DNA of 64,000 nucleotides, from assembly GCF_052425735.1 (NCBI RefSeq), contig NC_135762.1, positions 27,094,001-27,158,000 of the forward strand, in the 5' to 3' direction. Within the stretch, counting starts at the first letter, position 1, and each line of letters opens with the position of its first letter. A program made the translations under genes and the position numbers. The notes under the pieces were generated by a model, which searched no databases, was not told the DNA's origin, and worked only from the letters and a program-made list of their open reading frames with translations. Of this stretch, positions 60,515 through 64,000 are shown one piece after another. Source of the stretch: Oculina patagonica (Eukaryota).

Positions 60515-63500
60515 AAAATTTTTTTTTTTTTTTTTTTTGGGCCGGTTGAAAAAAAAAAAATATTTTTTTTTTTTAAAAATTCAGGCAAGAAAAGTGCTGA
60601 CACTGGGTGGGCTGGGAGGATTTTTACTGCCATTCAGGGCTGCCTCAGCCCTCTCCCCTAGATCCACCATTTGACATCAGTGGGAGGCTCAGTGGCCTTT
60701 TAGTGCACTGAGATCCAGGTTCAAGCCCTGGCCAGTGTTGTTGTGTTACTTCACATGTTCTTGGGCAAGACACTTGACTCTTGCAGTGCCACTCTCCACC
60801 CTTGGGAGTATACATTAGAATCCCAATTTCTCTAACCTCCAAGGGAAATGAAAATTGGTTTGACAAATCTGGACATCAAGAAATCTGGGGTAAAATTGCA
60901 GTTTTCAACTGAAACAGCTTTTGGTTCAAGTTATCAGGAGGTTACAAAAATCAAGTGGGAGGCACAGTGGCCTAATGTTAAGTGCACTGTACTCCTGATC
61001 AAGCCTTGCGGTTCGAGCCCTGGATGGGGTCACTGTGTTGTGTTCTTGGGCAAGACACTTAACTCTCACAGTGCCCCTGACCACCCAAGTGTTTAAATGG
61101 GATAAGCCCTGGCCTGATGGGCCATTAGACTCTAACGCAGACTTTACCTAGCAAAAATCGATGGTTTAAGCAAAATCGGGGTTCCACTGTTTAAATGGCT
61201 ACCAGTGATCTGTTCCTGACAAAGTCCTTGGGGGTTGCCTGTGATGTGCTATAAATTTTAACGGTAATAAACACACCTTTTGTGCCATCATTCTGTAAAA
61301 GAGTAACACCACTGAACACTGTATGATCCTTGCCACTCAAGCTACAAAAAGACAGTTTACTTTTAGCTTTCATTATATTAAGTATTAAAAAAATGTCATT
61401 TAACCTTGACTAGCACAATTCCAGGGTTATGAAGTCTGTGGTGAACAAAAGTAAAACTATATATATATAGGAGTAAAAACTGTTCCTGGCTCTTGTCAAA
61501 AACATTTTGATCTTAATTGTAAACAATTTTTTAAGTCAAATTTTTAAGCCTTTTTGAACCACCTTTACATGTACATCCAAAATAGTTTACCGGTAACAAA
61601 AGAACTTGGGACTTTAAAAATATACTTATTTATATACAGTAAAACCCTGTCACGGGCACCTCATTATAATGGTCACGTTGTCGTGGCCAAACGCCCATAT
61701 ATTTTCTTATAATAAAACCCTGCTAATGTGGCTACCCCGTTTATATGGCCAACAGGCCACATTCTTAAATCCCAACCTGTATAATCCTTAAAAATGTTAC
61801 CCCGTTAATACGTCCCCTTGTGAACTTGAAAGTCAACTGATTTATCTTGTTAGGTCAGAAAGTCTGGGACCTTTGTTTTGAGAAGATAGCCTAGCCTGTT
61901 GATGTTTTATGTTTCTCAATCCAGTTGCTGTATGTTTATTTTCCATCATACAGTAAATTGTAGATATACCCTGATTGAGTCTTGATTTGTTTCTTTAAAA
62001 AAATTACTATAATATTACTGCAGTCTGGATGTTTATAAAAGAACAGTAAGTGTTGTTTAAAAGCGGGATTGTGCTGTGTATCTGTTATGACATCAATTAA
62101 AAAAGGCCAGTCATGAAATCTGACCCTACCTAGTTAATGCAGCCACCCCATTAATACGGCCAAATTTCCATGGCCCGCTGGTGGCTGTATAACCAGGGTT
62201 CCACTGTATGTGAAAATGAGAGAGAAATTTTGATGGCCAGTTATAATTTGGGTCCAACAATGCAAAATATATATCAAGAAAACAGTAAAGCATGGACCAA
62301 ATGTTGTGGCCAAGGTATGACTTTATGGGATCAGTCAAACAGAACCTCATTACAATTATATCAATTAATTGTTTCATGCATAAATTCAGAAAGGGAAAGA
62401 AAAAGCTCAGACATCAAATCATTGACAAGTCACCTTTTTAACATCGAGAATGCATTGGCTTTGCTTCTAGGTTTTTCCAGGATAACGTCATTCAAGACCT
62501 GACAAAACAACAAAATCAATCTTGACACCATTTCAGATTTAAGGGTGTTACATCTTGGCAACATTTAGAAAAGTCTTAAAACCATGTAATCTCAGAGTCA
62601 GAATTGAAGGGTGTATAGAAATCTTGAAACCCTATATATGTCTCAGTAAATATATTTACCGGTAGCTATGTATAGATGCATATGTGACCTACTGGGAGAA
62701 TATAGATCCTTGGTCTTCAGTGGTGGATAAAGACCTTCAGATAAGTGGGGGGGGGGGGGGGATCATCCAAACCCTGGAATAAGGGGTGCTCTCAAAAATA
62801 ATTTTTCTCGGTCCTACAGGCCTCTATTTGGCCTTAATATATGGTAGGGGCCCGGGGAACCCTCCCCTACATCCACCACTGGTCTTGACAACAGGGATCA
62901 AGCATAGCGAGGTCCATACAGAAAAGAAGAGAGGATTGATATTCCTACAGTATATCCCAAGTGAGCATAGTTAATAAAAGTTTTTTACATGACTGCTGTT
63001 GAAATTTTAGTCAGTCCAATACTCAAACAGCTGGGCTGCATTCAATCTGACAGAGCTCTAGTATTCTCCACCTCAGTTCAAATGTGTTTTTGTCTCTTAT
63101 TTCCAAACTACATGTAGAAACTCGGCATCAACAGGATGAAGAAGTACCCGCGGTGAAGTTCACGAGGACCGAGCAGACCGAGTGGAGGAGAGTAGTGAGG
63201 AGGAGAGGCGGCGAACTCGAAAGGCCGGAGACGCGGCCGCCCACCCGACGTGGGTCCACCGCGCGACCTCCCCGACTGTAACACGACAGACGAATGGCGA
63301 CGTAATCCTACACCAGGACCCGCGGGTGAGACGAGGGAGGCGTGTGGCCTGGCCCGGGGTGCCCACAGAAGTATTGGTTTACAAGTGTCTGTGTCTTTGA
63401 CACCCACTTTCAGTGTTCCATGCATAGCTATCTTTCTGCATCCATCTTTTGACATTGTCTTTCGATGTGCTGTTTGAAATGAGCCAATCCAAAGCGATGC

Positions 63501-63755
63501 ATACCAGTGTTTGGTTTTGTGCAAAAAAACCCACAAGTTCAGAAGGTCATGCTAGTGGGCTGTGTTTGCCTGATTTTTATCCATGTTGTTTGTCAAGCTT
63601 GTTGAAAGATGGATGTTGATAGAAAGCCCCCATGCATGTAACACTGAAAGCAGGTGTAATAAAATTCAAATTTAAATATATTTTTTTACTAAGCACAGGT
63701 TCGATTCACTTACTACCACAGTATCTGCTCCTATAATCAAGTTTGCTTTCTCACT
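58058..63755 (-). CDS. Maf-family dTTP/UTP pyrophosphatase (ASMTL N-terminal-domain-like); 5' end lies beyond the window
   Basis: Exons (minus): 63755-63714 ([14 protein letters not shown]), 62498-62434 ([21 protein letters not shown]), 61341-61277 ([15 protein letters not shown]), 59864-59759 ([27 protein letters not shown]), 58949-58935 (DKAGS), 58187-58058 ([30 protein letters not shown]). The canonical Maf motifs GADT, EKP, LSG, GEP.DKAG.YGIQG and GDYFNV.GFP are present. Confidence 0.92.
58188..58934 (-). other. U12-type (minor spliceosome) AT-AC intron, 747 nt
   Basis: Donor |ATATCCTT at 58934-58927. Branch site TCCTTAAC at 58204-58197. The intron ends ...GTTGTTCAC| at 58188. Splicing restores the conserved DKAGSYGIQG. 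Confidence 0.95.
60680..61150 (+). mobile_element. Two degraded SINE copies (31426 family) mixed with a MITE remnant
   Basis: GGGAGGCWCAGTGGCCT heads at ~60682 and ~60957; GTTCTTGGGCAAGACACTT.ACTCT cores; AGACTTTACCTA end. Confidence 0.65.
61638..62206. mobile_element. Degraded Tc1/mariner-type element
   Basis: TA|CAGTAAAACCCTG ... CAGGGTTCCACTG|TA, with TTAATACGGCCA-like subterminal repeats. Confidence 0.6.
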
Positions 63756-64000
63756 CTAAAACAAACAAACAAAAAATATATTTAAGCTAAAATATCATTA
63801 CATGAATGATATTAAACTAATGATGTGATGAAACTGATTAATAGATCAATAGGTTTACTGTAATGACATTTAAGACTCCCGGTTCCTGGTTCTCAAGTTG
63901 GGAAAATCCCAGACTATCGGGGATTTGTTTGTTTCCTGATGTCTCGCCACACAATTGAGATTAAGCTTATGTTTCCACAAGTTGGGATTTCACGACCAAG

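Overview
Eukaryotic, intron-rich animal genomic DNA. The gene set and repeat landscape suggest a cnidarian such as a stony coral, which is an inference. Four protein-coding genes can be spliced by hand. (1) A soluble guanylate cyclase on the minus strand (7 exons, 10905-2850) pairs an intact beta-type heme H-NOX domain with an alpha-type catalytic signature, and has a +1 frame break in the H-NOX/PAS linker. (2) FBXO8 lies on the minus strand (7 exons, 27936-19167). (3) CEP135 lies on the plus strand (27 exons, 29061-54379), head-to-head with FBXO8, and has an apparent tandem exon duplication. (4) The 3' part of a stand-alone Maf/ASMTL-like nucleotide pyrophosphatase lies on the minus strand (63755-58058); a 15-nt microexon is followed by a textbook U12-type AT-AC intron. 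Introns and intergenic DNA carry many MITEs, tRNA-derived SINEs, RTE fragments, a truncated THAP/Kolobok-like end, a 15-bp minisatellite, and a Penelope-like insertion with two inverted minimal hammerhead ribozymes and a 14-bp target-site duplication. There is one assembly gap (52217-52368). All coordinates were read by eye and may be off by a few bases.
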